60,233 nucleotides of DNA from a virus. Taxonomy: Duplodnaviria > Caudoviricetes. The stretch is from IMG/VR virus record IMGVR_UViG_3300009428_000008, positions 1 to 60,233 of that record. One strand, 5' to 3'. The first letter of the stretch is position 1, and each line of letters begins with the position of its first letter. Below, in pieces: positions 57,115 through 60,233 of the stretch. A program made the position numbers and the translations under genes. The notes beneath the pieces are model-generated. The model saw only the letters and a list, made by a program, of their open reading frames with translations. It was not told where the DNA came from and made no database searches.

Positions 57115-57145
57115 TCGATATAAAAATTCAACTAAAAGTTTTAAA

Positions 57146-58060
57146 ATGAAAGAAACACCATCACAGTTACCTATTCAAAGTTATGTAATGAATTTTCCCT
57201 TTACATTTTCAACAGATGATCCTAATAATGTTTGGATGAAAGAAATGTCAGGGAAAGAATTATCAATAAATAGACCTAAAGCTTATAAACAGTTTATGGA
57301 TCTCTATAATTTTATGGCTGGACAATCTTTAGTTCATTTACTACCAGCAGAGGGCAATTTTCAAGATTTAGTATATGTTGCTAATCTTGGCTTACAACTA
57401 CCCCATATTAAAGATGAAAATCATATCTTACTATCAAATTATACTTCACCACCTAGACAAGGTGAAGAATATGTAGGTGAAAAATTCTTCAATCAGATGG
57501 GTTATAAAACTCATATATCCCCCCATAAATGGGAAGGAGAAGCAGATATAAAATATTTAAATGGTAACACTTATATTGGTGGTTTTGATATTAGATCAGA
57601 TATTCAAGCATACCATTGGATGGAGGAAAATTTTGATATGAATATTATCAAAGTAAAAATGGTTGATGAATATATGTACCATTTAGATTGTAGTATATTT
57701 CCGTTAAATACGCGCTCAACTATGGTTTGTACGGAATTATATGATAAAACCGAGTTAGCGCAAATAAGCAAATATACTAACGTAATAGACGTAAATGTTG
57801 ACGACTCTATGTATGGAATGGCCAATTCTGTTAGATTAGGAAATATGATTTTATGTGCCTCAAACATATCAGAAATGAAGCGAGGTGATGAATTTTATGA
57901 TGGTGAAAAACACAAAATAGAATCACTTGAAAAAATATGCTCTGATGAAGGAATGGAACCAATAATATTTAACTTATCAGAATATATGAAATCTGGAGCA
58001 ATGTTAAGTTGTATGGTAATGCATTTAAATAGAGTTGATCATTTTAAAACTTTATTATAA
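57146..58060 (+). CDS. amidinotransferase/guanidino-group-modifying enzyme (DDAH/arginine dihydrolase-like)
   Basis: NNVWM, DLVYVAN, RQGEE, WEGEAD, YHLDC, SEYMKSGAMLSC (catalytic His/Asp/Cys positions present). Confidence 0.88.
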   Translation: MKETPSQLPIQSYVMNFPFTFSTDDPNNVWMKEMSGKELSINRPKAYKQFMDLYNFMAGQSLVHLLPAEGNFQDLVYVANLGLQLPHIKDENHILLSNYTSPPRQGEEYVGEKFFNQMGYKTHISPHKWEGEADIKYLNGNTYIGGFDIRSDIQAYHWMEENFDMNIIKVKMVDEYMYHLDCSIFPLNTRSTMVCTELYDKTELAQISKYTNVIDVNVDDSMYGMANSVRLGNMILCASNISEMKRGDEFYDGEKHKIESLEKICSDEGMEPIIFNLSEYMKSGAMLSCMVMHLNRVDHFKTLL

Positions 58061-58795
58061 ATGGCAGAAAAGTTAGAGGATTGGCTTAATGGTGAAGTCG
58101 CTGAATTATCTAAATTATCTGTTGGTGAATTAAGTAACACATTCTTTTTTAGAGATCCCTTAAGATCAACATTAATAGATTATAAACACTTCTATAGTCC
58201 TGCAGATGGAACCATATTATATCAAAAAATAGTTCAACCCGGAGAGCAAGTACTTGAAATAAAAGGTATAGATTATACAATTCAAGATGTAATGGGTGAT
58301 AAAGATTATAACCAACCCTCTTTAGTTATTGGGATATTTATGTCATTTTATGATGTTCATATTAATAGAATTCCTTATGGTGGTGTACTTAAATATAAAC
58401 GTTTGGAACCCATAGAATCAACAAACAAACCAATGTTGGCGGTTGAAAAAGATATATTAAATAAAGTAATTAATCCTAATAATATGGATTATTTGAAATA
58501 CAATGAAAGAATGTCTAACCAGGTATATGTCCCTTCTTTAGATTACACATACCATATAATACAAATAGCCGATGAAGATGTAAACGTTATAGCTCCCTTC
58601 AAACAACAACGAGATCTTTGTACTCAAAATGAAAGATTTAGTTTAATTAGATGGGGATCACAGGTAGATTTAGTTCTACCCCTAGATTCTAGATATGAAT
58701 TTGAGACTATTCTAGACGATACAATGCATATTAATGCAGGTCTTGATAAATTAATTAAAATTAAAGAAGTTAAAAATGACCTCAAATCATCATGA
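58061..58795 (+). CDS. phosphatidylserine decarboxylase-family pyruvoyl enzyme
   Basis: FFFRDP, YSPADG, IGIFMSFYDVHINRIP, NER, IRWGSQVDL (GS autocleavage site). Confidence 0.85.
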   Translation: MAEKLEDWLNGEVAELSKLSVGELSNTFFFRDPLRSTLIDYKHFYSPADGTILYQKIVQPGEQVLEIKGIDYTIQDVMGDKDYNQPSLVIGIFMSFYDVHINRIPYGGVLKYKRLEPIESTNKPMLAVEKDILNKVINPNNMDYLKYNERMSNQVYVPSLDYTYHIIQIADEDVNVIAPFKQQRDLCTQNERFSLIRWGSQVDLVLPLDSRYEFETILDDTMHINAGLDKLIKIKEVKNDLKSS

Positions 58796-59510
58796 AGATG
58801 AAGTCTTCAGACCAAAAAGAATAGTGAAAAATCCAATTAAATTTAAATTAGCTCTAAATGAAGAGCAAAAGTTAGCTAAAGATGAAATATTAAATAATAC
58901 CTTAACATTATTAGCAGGTAGAGCAGGTTCAGGTAAAACATTATTAGCATGTCAAGTAGCTTTAGATGGTCTTTTAAGAAGACACTATTCAAAAATTATT
59001 ATAACTAGACCAACTGTGTCTAAAGAAGAAATTGGTTTCCTACCTGGAGATTTAAGAGAAAAAATGGATCCTTGGATTCAACCAATTTATCAAAATATGT
59101 ATGCTTTATTTGATAAAGTAAAAGTAGAAAAACTTATTGAAGATGGTAAAATAGAAATTGTACCTTTAGCATTTATGAGAGGTAGAACGTTTTTGGATGC
59201 ATGTATTATAGTAGATGAAGCTCAGAATGTTACTCATGAACAAATGGAAATGATTTCAACTCGTATTGGTTTAAGATCAAAAATGATTATCTGTGGTGAC
59301 GATCATCAAGTAGATTTAAAGTCTCGACGTGATTCTGGATTTAGATTTTTATATAAAGAAGCTCGTAGGGTAAAAAATATGTGTTCTATAACTTTATTAA
59401 AAAATCATAGAGATCCTATTGTAGATAGTTTAATTGAGATTTATGAAGAAGCTGAAAGAAAAGGAATAACTAAATCCTCCTCGGGTACTAGCGGAAGAGG
59501 AAAAAAGTAA
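58776..59510 (+). CDS. phoH: PhoH family ATPase
   Basis: GRAGSGKT, ITRP, GFLPG, AFMRGRTF, DEAQN, GDDHQVDL, HRDP. Confidence 0.96.
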   Translation: MTSNHHEDEVFRPKRIVKNPIKFKLALNEEQKLAKDEILNNTLTLLAGRAGSGKTLLACQVALDGLLRRHYSKIIITRPTVSKEEIGFLPGDLREKMDPWIQPIYQNMYALFDKVKVEKLIEDGKIEIVPLAFMRGRTFLDACIIVDEAQNVTHEQMEMISTRIGLRSKMIICGDDHQVDLKSRRDSGFRFLYKEARRVKNMCSITLLKNHRDPIVDSLIEIYEEAERKGITKSSSGTSGRGKK

Positions 59511-59555
59511 ACCATCAATTTAGGGAAGACTTAGCAATTGAGTCACCCCCTTTGT

Positions 59556-59565
59556 ATATTTATAA
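59556..59565 (+). promoter_or_regulatory. putative late promoter ATATTTATAA
   Basis: Exact 10-mer 11 nt before ATG 59577. Confidence 0.6.
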
Positions 59566-59576
59566 CAAAAACGAAT

Positions 59577-60038
59577 ATGGCATCGATATTATCTCCAACA
59601 ACCTTTCAAATTAAAATCAAGGAGGAACACGTAGTTAAAGGTATAAAAACTTTAAACGAAACTTACTTCACTCTATCTAATATTACTAATGTAGATAGAA
59701 GAATTGTTACCATACCGCAAACCACATCTATAGATTTAATAAATGTGAATGGTATTAATCCTGGTGCTGGTACTTTCCCATCTAGCAGTATGAAGTATGT
59801 AAGAATTACAAATTTAGATTTATCATCATCTCTATCTGTAAACTTTACATCATCGGATGCTGGTGATGGTCCTTCTTATTGGAGTATGAAATGTCTTCCA
59901 ACTTCGTCTTTAATGTTTTCAAGTCCTCAAGTAACCGGAAGTATTTTTAATGGTTCCTTTGGTCAAGATATAGAATTCATCTCAGTTTATGCTATTAGTG
60001 AAAGTATAGATGTTGAGTATGTAGTAGTTAACGGATAA
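59577..60038 (+). CDS. hypothetical beta-rich virion protein; start revised to 59577
   Basis: The late motif lies inside the longer ORF call; KYVRITNLD motif. Confidence 0.6.
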   Translation: MASILSPTTFQIKIKEEHVVKGIKTLNETYFTLSNITNVDRRIVTIPQTTSIDLINVNGINPGAGTFPSSSMKYVRITNLDLSSSLSVNFTSSDAGDGPSYWSMKCLPTSSLMFSSPQVTGSIFNGSFGQDIEFISVYAISESIDVEYVVVNG

Positions 60039-60047
60039 AAATAAAAT

Positions 60048-60233
60048 ATGGCAAATATACCAATATGGCCCGGATCTAGTTCATTCGCCCCAGGAGATAC
60101 ACCTTTTGGGTGGTACGATAATGATTTAGAATTCCAGGTAGATGCAGATAAATTTTCAGTCTTCTCAGCTCGAAGATTAGGATACCCAATTGTTGATGTA
60201 GAATTACAAAATTTAAACTTTTACGCAGCTTTA
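60048..60233 (+). CDS. neck protein gp13-like (5' part, truncated by window end)
   Basis: MANIPIWPGSSSF...ARRLGYPIVDVELQ resembles the gp13 N-terminal LRRLG.P...V motif. Confidence 0.7.
   Translation, partial: MANIPIWPGSSSFAPGDTPFGWYDNDLEFQVDADKFSVFSARRLGYPIVDVELQNLNFYAAL

Noticed and set aside
223-57867. Other minus-strand ORFs in the track (e.g. 10681, 20383, 35181, 37747, 53706)
   Set aside because: They lie mostly or wholly opposite well-supported + strand genes and show no recognisable motifs; 35181 is antisense to the Hc1 gene
1-60233. Stop-codon reassignment
   Set aside because: Core genes are full length in the standard code; TAA, TGA and TAG all occur at sensible gene ends; no suppressor tRNA seen

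Overview
This is a 60 kb, AT-rich segment of a large tailed dsDNA bacteriophage with a T4-type head and baseplate. All credible genes lie on the + strand. The host is very likely Bacteroidota/Flavobacteria: the window has TTG-N20-TAnnTT promoters, A-rich leaders without Shine-Dalgarno sequences, and an Hc1 homologue. From left to right: an early/accessory block (DUF932, cytidylyltransferase, UvsE, two tRNAs plus one aberrant tRNA-like RNA, HD hydrolase, gp55-like sigma factor); baseplate/tail genes (gp5-like, gp25, gp6, a 2719-aa protein); GIY-YIG, primase and exonuclease; a ~13 kb block of mosaic acidic proteins; metabolic genes; the head module (terminase, portal, prohead protease, scaffold, MCP); an amidinotransferase plus PSD-fold decarboxylase pair; PhoH; and the start of a gp13-like neck gene. 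The main candidate new system is the mosaic block. Its proteins share short N- or C-terminal tags, one of them also on the scaffold, and their enzyme and mini-domains are separated by [LIV]-x-E motifs of the type cut by the T4 gp21 prohead protease. This suggests protease-processed cargo polyproteins that are packaged in the head and injected. Other leads are a possible arginine-to-polyamine two-gene pathway, a tRNA-like RNA with swapped arm order, an ATATTTATAA late promoter, and an [ST]-x-S motif concentrated in virion proteins. All family assignments come from motif recognition by eye; no database searches were run.
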